Virus record (IMG/VR): IMGVR_UViG_3300036805_000167
Span: 74,778-138,777 of that record
Length of the DNA stretch: 64,000 bases
DNA from: a virus
Lineage: Duplodnaviria > Caudoviricetes
Strand: one strand, 5' to 3'
The translations under genes were made by a program, and so were the position numbers. The notes under the pieces were generated by a model. It was given only the letters and a program-made list of their open reading frames with translations, was not told the DNA's origin and ran no database searches. Positions 7,830 to 17,036 of the stretch are shown here, one piece after another. The stretch's first letter is position 1, and each line of letters opens with the position of its first letter.

Positions 7830-9239
7830 CTAGATCCCGAGAGCGAACCAGTGGGGCAACCCGTTGCTGGCGTAACCGGTCGTCAGGTTGGCGGTCGTGG
7901 GCAGCGCGGACTGGCCGGTGATGCTGGCGCTCCAAGTGGCAGCTGTCGTCGGGTTCATGAACCCCGTGGGGGTGCCAGTACCCCCGAGTACCTGGAAGGT
8001 GGGCGCCGTGGTCATGGTCGCGAGCACGCCGGCGTAGACGTAGAGCCCGGGAGTGATCGGCACAGTTGCGGAGAGCACCCACTCATACATCGTTGTCGCC
8101 GTGATCGTGGTGGCCGTGGTGATCGTTGCTACGCGAGTGAGCGCGGCGGTCGACGCGCCGGTGTAGATGCCCACCAGGAAGTTGCCGCCAGAGCCCGCCG
8201 TGCCCGAGAACATCCGCACGGTCCGAGCGGTGAAGGTGGACCCGGCTATGCCTCCCACCATCCAGAGAGTGCCGCTGGTGGCCGTCTTGGCTGCGGTACT
8301 CATCCAGCGGGGCATGTTCGAGTAGTAGTCGCCGTAGAGCGCGACGTCCCCCGAGCTCGCGAGGAACCTGGGGTCGGTCGCCGACGCCGCCCCGTGGGCT
8401 TTCACCGCCGAGTACGTCGAGTTCGAGCTGCCGGCGGTGCCGGTCCACGCGCCGCCCGGGGAGTTGCCGTCGAAGTAGACCCCGGGAGCGGTAGCCGCCT
8501 CCACCATGTACTGCGACAGGCTGATCGTCTGCCCTGCAGCGGCCCCGTAGAACGAAAGGTAGGGCCGCAGCTGGTTGGCGCCGCCCGGTCCCACCACGGT
8601 GTAGGACAGCCGGATGTAGTTCCCGGTGGCGGTCCGCCGAGATGCGCTCAGGCTGGCGTTCGGGGGCACGGTCGTCGTCGAATAGGCACCGGAGGCGAAC
8701 CAGTTAGCCGACATGACCATGGTGATCCCGGCCGGTGCCTTCACAGCGATCGAGATGGTGTACGTCGTGCCCGCCGCGACCGTGGCCTGTGGCAGTGTCA
8801 CCTCGCCGGTGGCGTTGGCGACGAACGTTGCGGTCAGACTGGTCGACGAACCATCAGCCCCACCGGTGGCCGAGCGCGCCGGCGCGGCAGTGATGCCCGT
8901 ACCTGAGTCGGTCTTCGCGCTGTAACCGGCGTTGTCGACCAGGCCGTTGGGGTTGGGCGACAGGTTGGTCCTCGAGGCCAGCAGCGACGGCCCGATCCCG
9001 CTGGTCTCGGTGTCGGTGAGTGCTGCGGCGTTGGCGGTGAGGTTGTCCGAATACTGCTTCGTGCCAGCCTGGAGTGCCAAGGTGGGGTCACCGGGCAACG
9101 TCACCGAAGTGGTGAAGACCGGCGAGTCGAGCGGCGCCTTCGTGGCGTCACCGTTATCTACGTACTGCTTCGTAGCCGCCTGCAGAGCCGATGTGGGGTC
9201 TGCAGGCAGCGCGATCGGTGTGAGGAAAGTACGGGCCAC
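7830..9239 (-). CDS. Tail fibre / minor tail protein with carbohydrate-binding-like domain
   Basis: DPT.ALQAATKQYVD repeats, NLSPNP and YFDG motifs; Thr/Ala/Gly-rich. Confidence 0.75.
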   Translation of the reverse strand: MARTFLTPIALPADPTSALQAATKQYVDNGDATKAPLDSPVFTTSVTLPGDPTLALQAGTKQYSDNLTANAAALTDTETSGIGPSLLASRTNLSPNPNGLVDNAGYSAKTDSGTGITAAPARSATGGADGSSTSLTATFVANATGEVTLPQATVAAGTTYTISIAVKAPAGITMVMSANWFASGAYSTTTVPPNASLSASRRTATGNYIRLSYTVVGPGGANQLRPYLSFYGAAAGQTISLSQYMVEAATAPGVYFDGNSPGGAWTGTAGSSNSTYSAVKAHGAASATDPRFLASSGDVALYGDYYSNMPRWMSTAAKTATSGTLWMVGGIAGSTFTARTVRMFSGTAGSGGNFLVGIYTGASTAALTRVATITTATTITATTMYEWVLSATVPITPGLYVYAGVLATMTTAPTFQVLGGTGTPTGFMNPTTAATWSASITGQSALPTTANLTTGYASNGLPHWFALGI

Positions 9240-9292
9240 GCGAGCTCCCAGGTCGAGCCATCAGGTGATCAGATTCTTTGAGGTTCATCTCG

Positions 9293-9715
9293 TCATGTTG
9301 GCCTGTAACCAACATTGGCAACTTGGAGGTAACCCTGCTTAACGAATACCGATACTGACGGATCGTCGCAGTAGACATGAAGAGACGTCTGCGGATCGGC
9401 GTAACCGTCGACTATGCCAGTTAGTCCGACTGTATAACTTTCGTTAAGCGATGTACCATGCCCGTATGCAATGGCCACCGGGTCGCGGCCAGGCGATGCT
9501 TCAAGCTCGAACCGTGCGGTGCCCCAGTATCCCCGGAATTCAAAGCGGAGCGACACCGTGAACATCCAGTAACCGTAGGATGTGTTGATGATCGTAGGGT
9601 TCCCGCTCGCATCATTACTGATCGTGAGGCCCTGCGGGTCACCGGTTGGGGTGCCGAAAATCGACACACCTGGGTCGGGAGCTCCATAGAGCCCGTCGAC
9701 GAGAAGAACAGCCAC
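9293..9715 (-). CDS. Hypothetical protein in a lower-GC patch
   Basis: GGAGG RBS; beta-rich sequence; visibly more AT-rich DNA. Confidence 0.55.
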   Translation of the reverse strand: MAVLLVDGLYGAPDPGVSIFGTPTGDPQGLTISNDASGNPTIINTSYGYWMFTVSLRFEFRGYWGTARFELEASPGRDPVAIAYGHGTSLNESYTVGLTGIVDGYADPQTSLHVYCDDPSVSVFVKQGYLQVANVGYRPT

Positions 9716-9741
9716 GGATCGACCTCCGTATTGAAGGGGAC

Positions 9742-10920
9742 TTAACCCACGATGGAGATGAGGTAGTTGTTGGCAGCCGGGGCGGCCGGGAAGGCGAGCA
9801 CCACGTTGTTGGCGTCAGACGCGGTGTCGTCGACTTCGACAAGTTGTCCCGTAACTGTCCCGGATGGCGGCACTGAACCCGCGCGGATAGTTACCGAGAC
9901 TGCCCAGTTATTGAGTGCGTGGTTGACTGTCACCGTCGCGCCGGACACCGAGAAGATGCCCGAGGTCGACGCGGGGACCGTACCGGTAACCTTGCGGGCG
10001 ACCACCGCGCTGTCGACCTGCAGCGAGTTGCTAGCCAGCGAGAGGCCACCAGCAAAACCGGTAGTGTAGTTCAGTCCGAACGCGGCTCCGGACAGAGTGA
10101 TGGGATAGGTGGCGGTGTAAGTCGCCCCGGCGTTACCGCGGATGACGAAGGCGGTAGGCGTGGTGTCGACAGTGATGGCAACGTCGGTGGTCAGAAGCGC
10201 GAACAGGTCGGCGTTGGTGCCCTCGCGGACGTCCCAGAACGAGCCCGGAGTGGCTGTCGCACCGCTGGCGTAGTTGGTGGGTCGAGCAGCGGAGGTTGCA
10301 GAGGCCCACACCCATGGTCCGTTCTGGGCCGCAGTGGTCTGTCCCGTTAGAAGGAAAACGTCGCCAGCGCTCATGGTGACGCCATCGATGGTGGACCCGG
10401 GCGCGGTAGTGGGGCTAGCGATGTTGGTGGAGCTCGCGACACGCACGGACCCCTTCATCACCATGCCGGAAGTCAGCGAACCGACCTGCGTGTCTACGTA
10501 GTTCTTCGTGGCCGCGTCAGTCGAGACGGTGGGGTCAGCGACGGCGGTCAGTTTCTGCGAGTTGACGTTGACCGCCGCGTTCGGCGCCGTCAGCGAGGTC
10601 CACCTGTAGCCGAAGACGGTAGCTTGGAAGTCGGAGATCGTTGACGAGGTCTGGGTGCCAGCGTGGTTGGCGCGGGACTGGTACCACGATCCGGGATGGA
10701 CCGCTGAGTCCAACGCCCCGCCGAGCTGGTCCGCAGAATCCGAGGTGGCACCCCAGCTTGAACCGCCCCACTGGTAAAACCGCGAGTTGGTGGTCAGGTA
10801 GACGATGCGCCCGGCGTCACCGGGGCCGAGCCCGGTCGGCAGGCTCGCTACGTTCTGCGCGCGGGCGTTGAGCAACTCGAGGTTGCTCATGTCGATCGGG
10901 GTCAGGAACTTCCGTGCCAT
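9742..10920 (-). CDS. Tail fibre / minor tail protein
   Basis: SRANHAGTQ, DAATKNYVD, KGSVRVAS, LLTGQTTAAQNGPW motifs typical of phage fibres. Confidence 0.8.
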   Translation of the reverse strand: MARKFLTPIDMSNLELLNARAQNVASLPTGLGPGDAGRIVYLTTNSRFYQWGGSSWGATSDSADQLGGALDSAVHPGSWYQSRANHAGTQTSSTISDFQATVFGYRWTSLTAPNAAVNVNSQKLTAVADPTVSTDAATKNYVDTQVGSLTSGMVMKGSVRVASSTNIASPTTAPGSTIDGVTMSAGDVFLLTGQTTAAQNGPWVWASATSAARPTNYASGATATPGSFWDVREGTNADLFALLTTDVAITVDTTPTAFVIRGNAGATYTATYPITLSGAAFGLNYTTGFAGGLSLASNSLQVDSAVVARKVTGTVPASTSGIFSVSGATVTVNHALNNWAVSVTIRAGSVPPSGTVTGQLVEVDDTASDANNVVLAFPAAPAANNYLISIVG

Positions 10921-10932
10921 GAGGGTGTCTCC

Positions 10933-11265
10933 TTAGGACAGGTAGGCCACACCGGACACGGTGATGCCGTAGGGGAACGTGATGACCACCCGTGACGTCG
11001 GCAGCGGGTAGGAGGGGTCACCCTCGATCTCACTGCCATCGGAGTCGAGCAGCGTGATCCCACCCGGCGCGAAACCCAGGTTGTGGTCGATGACCCATGG
11101 GTTGTCCGCCGAGAGTTGCCGGTGGGTATGCCCCTGGCCCACCCCGGGCAGTAGCTCGCCGTGCACCGAGATGACCTCGGCGCCGGCGAGCTCGTCGACC
11201 GGCTCATAGGCCAGCTCGACGACGCTGCCCTGGCCGATCTCGATGACCTCGACGGAGTCAGTCAT
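10933..11265 (-). CDS. Small virion-associated protein
   Basis: WVIDHNLG...SGVAYLS motif. Confidence 0.65.
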   Translation of the reverse strand: MTDSVEVIEIGQGSVVELAYEPVDELAGAEVISVHGELLPGVGQGHTHRQLSADNPWVIDHNLGFAPGGITLLDSDGSEIEGDPSYPLPTSRVVITFPYGITVSGVAYLS

Positions 11266-11659
11266 GCTCCACGTCCGCGACGATCTGGAAGGGCCGCTTC
11301 CGCACGATGGTGTAACGCAGGTCGGGGTCATCGCTGCTGTCCGAGGACAGCTCGATGTCGAGATACCCAGACCAGTTGGCTGGCTTGCCTACCCACGCCG
11401 AGGGGCGCAGCCGTAGCTGCACCGTCCCGGTCGTGGCTACGCCACCGTCGGCCTTCTTGACCTCGGCGGAGCCGATCAGGATGTCGGTGCCGTCCGAGGT
11501 CCACTCGAATACCGCGTCGACCGTGGCGCTGTTCTTGCGGACCTGCGCGCGGATGTACCAGTCGCTCGGGTCGACCACCACGTCATTGACGAACACCGCC
11601 CATACCGGGGAGAGCCAGGAGTCTCCCCGGTATGCGACCAATGACGCTGGTGTGGCCAC
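11258..11659 (-). CDS. Small BppU-N-like tail accessory protein
   Basis: YRGDSW...IRAQVR...YLDIEL pattern. Confidence 0.6.
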   Translation of the reverse strand: MATPASLVAYRGDSWLSPVWAVFVNDVVVDPSDWYIRAQVRKNSATVDAVFEWTSDGTDILIGSAEVKKADGGVATTGTVQLRLRPSAWVGKPANWSGYLDIELSSDSSDDPDLRYTIVRKRPFQIVADVEHD

Positions 11660-11660
11660 G

Positions 11661-11819
11661 TCAGAACCAGTACCGGCGGCCGCCGACAGGATGCCCGGCG
11701 CCGCCGAGGACCAGCAGGAGCAGGCCGATGACGGCGAGGATGATGCCGATGGTGAACAGCACCTTCACGGCCGGGATCAGTAGCCCGACCACGATGAGGA
11801 TGATCCCCAGGACGATCAC
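11661..11819 (-). CDS. 52-aa two-TM protein (DUF6131-like), not in the ORF track
   Basis: Translated by hand: MIVLGIILIVVGLLIPAVKVLFTIGIILAVIGLLLLVLGGAGHPVGGRRYWF. Confidence 0.75.
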   Translation of the reverse strand: MIVLGIILIVVGLLIPAVKVLFTIGIILAVIGLLLLVLGGAGHPVGGRRYWF

Positions 11820-11822
11820 GGG

Positions 11823-12155
11823 TCAGACCTGCTTACGGAAGCGAGGGGCCGTCGCGACCGGGGTGACCTGACGGCGGGCGACCAGCGCGGTCGCGTGCGA
11901 CGACACGAGCCCCGAGATCAGGCCGACCAGGCCGACGACGACGGTGCCGACCGGGACCAGGTTGCTGGAGATGTAGTCGACGGTCGTATTGAGCAGCGCG
12001 GCCTGCTCGGAAGAGAGCACGCCGACAGCGACGAGAACGCCTACCGCAGTGACGAGGAACGCGGCGAGCGACCCCCACAGCGCGGCGGCCTTGAGGACGG
12101 GCTCGGGGGTCTCGGCGACAGGCTCATTGCTGACGGGGGCGATGGGGTCAGTCAT
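11823..12155 (-). CDS. Holin
   Basis: Two TM segments, ARRQVTPV C-terminal motif, AGGAG RBS, downstream of the endolysin. Confidence 0.75.
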   Translation of the reverse strand: MTDPIAPVSNEPVAETPEPVLKAAALWGSLAAFLVTAVGVLVAVGVLSSEQAALLNTTVDYISSNLVPVGTVVVGLVGLISGLVSSHATALVARRQVTPVATAPRFRKQV

Positions 12156-12187
12156 CTGCGTCTCCTGGTTGAGGAAGTCGGGGTCGG

Positions 12188-12508
12188 TCACAGCGCCTGC
12201 AGCTCGAGGACCAGCGCGCCGGGACCATTGACAGTCACGTCGTACTCGATCCACTCAGTGCCAGCTGGCAGGTTCGTGTGAACGCGCGTGGCGGACTTGA
12301 ACGTCTGCCCGGTCCACGCGGGGCCAGCGCCAGGCGCGGGACCGTCCGAGTCCGCGGACCTCTGGAACCAGACGTTCGCGACACCGCCGCCGGTGGCGCG
12401 AACCGACACCCAGGCGTTCTTCACGATCGCTGAGGTCGGCATCCCACCTGTCGGGCAGATGACTGTACCCAGGTAGCGCCCGGCGGCCGGAAACTCGCGC
12501 TCGATCAT
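12188..12508 (-). CDS. Small protein in frame with the endolysin (possible separate cell-wall-binding subunit)
   Basis: Separated from the endolysin only by TGA TAG GGA GCT TTC. Confidence 0.6.
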   Translation of the reverse strand: MIEREFPAAGRYLGTVICPTGGMPTSAIVKNAWVSVRATGGGVANVWFQRSADSDGPAPGAGPAWTGQTFKSATRVHTNLPAGTEWIEYDVTVNGPGALVLELQAL

Positions 12509-12520
12509 GAAAGCTCCCTA

Positions 12521-13324
12521 TCAGGTCAGCAGCAGACGCTGCTGGGCGTTGGTGGGCGACGTCGTTGGCGAGGAGCTCGAGCCGCCGTAGACGAGAGCGC
12601 GGAGTTGGTCCTTCGTCCCGCGGTAGGCGTTGACGTCGATCTGTCTGCCCGCAACCGTCGCGCGGTCGCTGAACTGCAGGACTGTCGTGTTGCCGCCGCC
12701 GTAGGAGTCCCAGAACGACGACGGGACCTTGGCATAAATGCCCGAGGCGTAGCCGGTGGCGGTCAGGTAGCGCGACGACACGACCGGCGGCAGACCGGCC
12801 AGCGACGGTGACCCGAGCTGCTGCCAGTACCAGCGAGGGACGTAGGCCAGCGGGACAGCCACGCCGAGGTTGCGGCATGCGGTGATCAGCGCCTTGAGGT
12901 TGGCGACCGAACCCGAATCCGCCTCGAAGTCCATCATCACCGGACGCCCGTGGCATGCGCTCTTCACTGTCTGCGCTTGCGCCGCGACGCTTGCGGTGGT
13001 CACGTAGTGGTAGACGTAGGTGACCATGCCGAGCTGGTCCGCGCGGTCGAGCCATGTCTTCGCGCCGGCGGCCCACGACGAGCTCGTCCCCTGCGAAGCC
13101 TTGACCGCCAGGAACGAGAACCCTTCGGCGGCGATCTCGTCGATGGAGATACCGGCCTGGAACGTCGGATGAATGTCCGGGCCGTAGATCACCGACGCGG
13201 TGGCCGCCGCCGCTCGGGGAGCGAGCTCCGGCGCTTCGGGCGTGGTTAGCTCACCAGGCTTGGCGTCCTGTTCGGCGTAGTCGGCGACGCCGTTGCCGTC
13301 GAGGTCTTCGTGCCTGCCGGGCAT
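12521..13324 (-). CDS. Endolysin, GH25 muramidase
   Basis: YGPDI..FQ, VKASQG, YVYHY, AQA, MMDFEAD (DxE), LQFSD, IDVNAYRG. Confidence 0.9.
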   Translation of the reverse strand: MPGRHEDLDGNGVADYAEQDAKPGELTTPEAPELAPRAAAATASVIYGPDIHPTFQAGISIDEIAAEGFSFLAVKASQGTSSSWAAGAKTWLDRADQLGMVTYVYHYVTTASVAAQAQTVKSACHGRPVMMDFEADSGSVANLKALITACRNLGVAVPLAYVPRWYWQQLGSPSLAGLPPVVSSRYLTATGYASGIYAKVPSSFWDSYGGGNTTVLQFSDRATVAGRQIDVNAYRGTKDQLRALVYGGSSSSPTTSPTNAQQRLLLT

Positions 13325-13325
13325 G

Positions 13326-13688
13326 TCAGCTCTCGCCGGCCTCGAGCGCGTGGACGGTGTAAGTACTGGCGTGGCCGCTCTCGACCATCACCTGGCCCCA
13401 GTCCCGCCCGTCGGGCAGTGTCACCGAGGCGAGGACGCGGCCGTAGTTGTCGCGGCGCCCGAGCGACCCCGGAGAGGTGAGGGTGACAGTGTCGCCCGGC
13501 TGGACGAGGGTCTTCGCGAACTCCGTCGCTGCCTGCCCCTCCGGGGTCGAGTTCTCCGGCGCGTTGATGCCGTTCACGCGAACCCTGGCGCTGGTCAGTC
13601 CGACGCCCAGCCCCAGCGTGATGGTGCAGACCGGCGTGTCGCCGTCGTAGACGTAGTTCACGACGGCGGGCGCGACGAGAGTGGCCAT
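13326..13688 (-). CDS. Thermonuclease (SNase-like)
   Basis: VYDGDT...RVRVNGINAPE...DNYGRVLA...MVESGHA; ATGA overlap with the upstream gene. Confidence 0.9.
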   Translation of the reverse strand: MATLVAPAVVNYVYDGDTPVCTITLGLGVGLTSARVRVNGINAPENSTPEGQAATEFAKTLVQPGDTVTLTSPGSLGRRDNYGRVLASVTLPDGRDWGQVMVESGHASTYTVHALEAGES

Positions 13689-14911
13689 CAGTGGCCCTGG
13701 CGCTTGATCTCGGCGCTGGCTTCCTGGCTGATCGTGTCCGCCTGTCGGCGAATACGCAGCAGCGCACCGAGACACCCGGGGTTCGTCGGGTCGGGGGTCG
13801 GAGTGGGGTCCGGGGTGGGGTCGGGGGTCGGAGTGGGGTCCGGAGTGGGGTCCGGGGTCGGAGTGGGGCCAGTGCCGCCACCGGGGGCGGGAACCTGCGT
13901 ACCGGAGGTCAGGACGGTAAGCAGCTTGCCCCAGTCGACGACGCCGAAGCCGGTGGTCATGTCGCGACCGGGTCCAGCCTTGTAGCCGCCGTTGTCGCCG
14001 ACGGTGACGTCGTAGGCGATGGTCGGGTTCGTCAGGACGGTGTTGAGCAGGTCGAAAGTCTTGCCGTAGGCCTGCTTGGTGATCGCGTAACAGGCAGCGT
14101 AGAGCGGCGCGACCGCCGAGGTGCCACCGATGACGTAGGTCTGTCCATCGACCACGACCTGGTAACCGGTCGACGGCGAAGCGTTGCCGGCGACGTCGGG
14201 AACCTGGCGCCCGGCGAACACCTTGGAGACGCCGCCGCCGGTGGCGGACTGGGTGTCGGAGTCGTCCCAGGTGACCTCGGCCTTGCGGGTGCCGTCGGAG
14301 TTCAGGGTCAGCCTGGTGCCACCGCAGCCGATCACCGACGGGTCCGAGGCCGGATAGTCGGTGACGTCCGAGCCGGTCGAATCCTGCGAGCCGGTATCCC
14401 CGGAAGCCACGAACACCGGAATGCCGGCGGCGCGGGCGGTGGCCAGCACCGCCGAGAACGACTTGATCGACGCTGAGGACCACTGGTTCTCGGGGCCACC
14501 CCAGGAGATCGACACCGCGTCGCACTCCGAGGCGGCCTGTTTGGTGGCGTCGATGAACCCGGAGTCGGTGTTGGCCGCGAAGTACACCCGAATCTTGGCG
14601 CCCGGGGCGATCCCGGCGACCACCTCGACGTCGAGCATCACCTCACCGTCGGCGCCGTCCGGGCCGTCGGACTTGGACTTGCCGCCGTCGACACCGACCA
14701 CGGTGACGTTCGCCGACGAGAGTCCGGCCTTCGACATGTCCCCGGTGATGAACCCGCCACCGAGCTCGACGATCCCGACAGTGGTGCCGGTGCCGTCGTG
14801 GTCCAGTGGGGCGTTGTAGGCCTTTGCCACGTCGCGGGCGTTATAGGACGCGCCCGCCGCGCGGGGGCGAACGATCCCGGTGGTGATGGGCGGCTGGACG
14901 ATCTCGGACAC
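13688..14911 (-). CDS. S53 sedolisin/kumamolisin-like serine-carboxyl peptidase with PT-repeat tail
   Basis: GIVELGGG, GEVMLDVE (Glu/Asp), SISWG, ASGDTG, PDVAGNA, GGTSAVAP (Ser), DVTVGDNG/GPGRDMTTGFG; GAGGAG RBS before the GTG at 14911. Confidence 0.92.
   Translation of the reverse strand: MSEIVQPPITTGIVRPRAAGASYNARDVAKAYNAPLDHDGTGTTVGIVELGGGFITGDMSKAGLSSANVTVVGVDGGKSKSDGPDGADGEVMLDVEVVAGIAPGAKIRVYFAANTDSGFIDATKQAASECDAVSISWGGPENQWSSASIKSFSAVLATARAAGIPVFVASGDTGSQDSTGSDVTDYPASDPSVIGCGGTRLTLNSDGTRKAEVTWDDSDTQSATGGGVSKVFAGRQVPDVAGNASPSTGYQVVVDGQTYVIGGTSAVAPLYAACYAITKQAYGKTFDLLNTVLTNPTIAYDVTVGDNGGYKAGPGRDMTTGFGVVDWGKLLTVLTSGTQVPAPGGGTGPTPTPDPTPDPTPTPDPTPDPTPTPDPTNPGCLGALLRIRRQADTISQEASAEIKRQGH
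13785..13870 (-). repeat. Coding tandem repeat PTP(D)PT
   Basis: Repeated ggagtggggtc/ggggtc units. Confidence 0.85.
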
Positions 14912-14992
14912 CGTGAAGGACTCCTCGAGGTAGATGGCGCGCCAAGTGGCCTCGAAGATGGGCAGGCAGTCCATCTTCGAGGCCAAGGCAGA

Positions 14993-15370
14993 TCAGGCGC
15001 TCGCGCCGGAACCGTCGCCGGAGCCGTCGACTACCGGGGCGGTCGGGTCGCCGGAAACCGGGCCCTCGCCGCCACCAGTGGTGGACGGGACGAGCTGACC
15101 GACCTGGGCGACCGCGTCGTTGAGACCCGACAGGTCGAGGTTGGGGTTGGCGGCCTGCAGGTTCGAGATCTCGGTCTGGATGAGACCGGTGTCCTCGACG
15201 AGCTGCGCGGCGAGGTTGTCGAGATCGGCCTGGGTAACAGCCATGGCTACTCCTAGTGCGTTGAGACGGCGGAGAACTTCGTGGAGCTCGCCCCGAGTTG
15301 CCCGCTGCTCGAGCAGGACGGGACGCAGCAACCAGTCACGAAACTGATCGGGGACCGAGGAGTCGTGCAC
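14993..15370 (-). CDS. Coiled-coil hypothetical protein with a second internal start (ATG 15244)
   Basis: AGGAG RBS precedes MAVTQADLDNL inside the ORF. Confidence 0.6.
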   Translation of the reverse strand: MHDSSVPDQFRDWLLRPVLLEQRATRGELHEVLRRLNALGVAMAVTQADLDNLAAQLVEDTGLIQTEISNLQAANPNLDLSGLNDAVAQVGQLVPSTTGGGEGPVSGDPTAPVVDGSGDGSGASA

Positions 15371-15373
15371 TGA

Positions 15374-15601
15374 CTACTTCTTGCCCTTGGACTTCGAGGA
15401 CCGGGGCTTGCGCGCCGGCATCGAAGCAGGGCCGTCGAGCAGAACGGTCTGCGGGCTCTGTCCAGCGACGTGCTGGCGGCCCTGATTGACGTCCGGCGCG
15501 TCTTCGCGGTCAGCGCCGCCGTAGCCGGACCCGGCCTGCGAGAGCGTGCCGCCGGCGTCGGGCGTGTTGTCGACGGCACCGGAGCCGACGGGGGTGGTCA
15601 T
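15374..15601 (-). CDS. Small hypothetical protein
   Basis: GGAGG RBS; basic C-terminus. Confidence 0.5.
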   Translation of the reverse strand: MTTPVGSGAVDNTPDAGGTLSQAGSGYGGADREDAPDVNQGRQHVAGQSPQTVLLDGPASMPARKPRSSKSKGKK

Positions 15602-15693
15602 CTCAGATGCCTCCATGAAAGACGGACGAGTCCCCTAGCACGCTAGGCGGATGCCCTCTCTTCGCGGAGCCCTTGCATGGGTCCAGAGGAGAC

Positions 15694-16722
15694 TCACAGG
15701 GCCACAGCCGCGGACAACAAATTGAGCAGCTGGGAGACCAGCCCGCGGTCCTGCTTGGCAGGAGCGGGATCGGCCGGCGGCGTCTCAACGCTCGGCTCGG
15801 TCATCGGGGCCGAGTCGGTCGTCGGACTCGGCGCCTCGGTGCTCGAGTCGGTCGTCGGAGCTGGCTCCGTGGTCGGCTCGGCTGACGGCTCGGTCGTAGG
15901 GGCCGAGTCGGTCGTCGGACTCGGCGCCTCGGTGCTCGGCGGGAGGGGAGTGGCGGACCCCTCGGCGGGCTGTTGGGATTCGTCGGGTGGCGGCGGAGCC
16001 ATCGCCTGGGTAGTCGGCGGCGGCGGCGGCGGCGGCGGAGCCTCAGTGGTCGGCAAAGCTGGCAGCCCCGGGTCCGCGGAGACGGGGGGTGTCACCGCAT
16101 CGGCGGGGGTCGCCGCGGGCGCGGGAACACTCACGCCGTCGCTCGGCACGATTGCCGTCCCAGCTGGCGCCGGCGCTGCGGTGGGCGCCAGCGGCGAAGA
16201 CGGCAGGCCCGTGGCTTGGGGCAACGGTGCCTCGTTCGGCACGGGCGCGGGCGCCTGGACCGTGACCACACCCGGAGGCGGACCGACCAGGACCGTCGGC
16301 TGGCCAGGGGCAGCAACCATGATCGGTCCACCCGGTACAGCAGGGCCGAGCGTCGTCGGCTGCGACCCCTCCGGGTCTCCACCGGCGAGTAGCGGCGTTT
16401 CCCCTCGCTGCACCTGTTCACAGGTGCCCACCTGGTCAGCCGGAGTGTTGGCCCCGGCAGCAGTACACACCTGGCGGAGTGAGCTGGACAGGCTGTATAC
16501 CGACGGCGTCAGCAACGCCACGACCAGTGTCAGGGCCAGCACGCCCACGACGAGCATCGCCAGGGAAAGTCGCTGCTGGCGAGTGCGCCGTCGTACCTTG
16601 ACCAGGGTAGTGACAACGTCAGGTTGCTCAGAGCTCATCGACTTTGTCCGAGTCTGCGGCGCCGTGTCGACGCGAGGGGGTTCGTGGTGACTGTCAGTAT
16701 GGCGCTCCTGGAGGGCGTTCAC
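15694..16722 (-). CDS. Membrane-anchored Pro/Thr-rich protein (lysis-cassette associated)
   Basis: One TM segment, Cys pair, long PT-rich region with duplicated STEAPSPTTDSAP. Confidence 0.65.
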   Translation of the reverse strand: MNALQERHTDSHHEPPRVDTAPQTRTKSMSSEQPDVVTTLVKVRRRTRQQRLSLAMLVVGVLALTLVVALLTPSVYSLSSSLRQVCTAAGANTPADQVGTCEQVQRGETPLLAGGDPEGSQPTTLGPAVPGGPIMVAAPGQPTVLVGPPPGVVTVQAPAPVPNEAPLPQATGLPSSPLAPTAAPAPAGTAIVPSDGVSVPAPAATPADAVTPPVSADPGLPALPTTEAPPPPPPPPTTQAMAPPPPDESQQPAEGSATPLPPSTEAPSPTTDSAPTTEPSAEPTTEPAPTTDSSTEAPSPTTDSAPMTEPSVETPPADPAPAKQDRGLVSQLLNLLSAAVAL

Positions 16723-17036
16723 TGCGTTTGGCCGTAGTAAATAAAGTCGACCGAGGGCATGTCGTCGAGCCGAGCTCCCACCTCGATGAGCCGACCTCGG
16801 TAGCGGACCGCGAGCTCGAGGCCACGGTCACGCTGGCGGCGCATCTCGTCGACGTCGTGCTCAGCGGCGTTCGCGCGATCCTCCTGACGCCTGGTCTGGG
16901 CGTTGAGTCGTTCCATGAGGGACTGCTCGCTCTCCAACTTGCCCTTGCGCCACTGCTGGAAGACGTTCGCCAGGCCGGCGATAGCACCGGTGCCACCCGC
17001 GCCCAGTAGCAGGGGGAGCAGCACGTCGAGGCTCAC
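16719..17036 (-). CDS. Membrane protein with coiled coil
   Basis: N-terminal hydrophobic helix followed by heptads. Confidence 0.65.
   Translation of the reverse strand: MSLDVLLPLLLGAGGTGAIAGLANVFQQWRKGKLESEQSLMERLNAQTRRQEDRANAAEHDVDEMRRQRDRGLELAVRYRGRLIEVGARLDDMPSVDFIYYGQTQ

Noticed and set aside
13689-14525. N-terminal 278 aa of the 399-aa ORF 13326..14525
   Set aside because: Alternative frame of the S53 gene; the SNase starts at ATG 13688.
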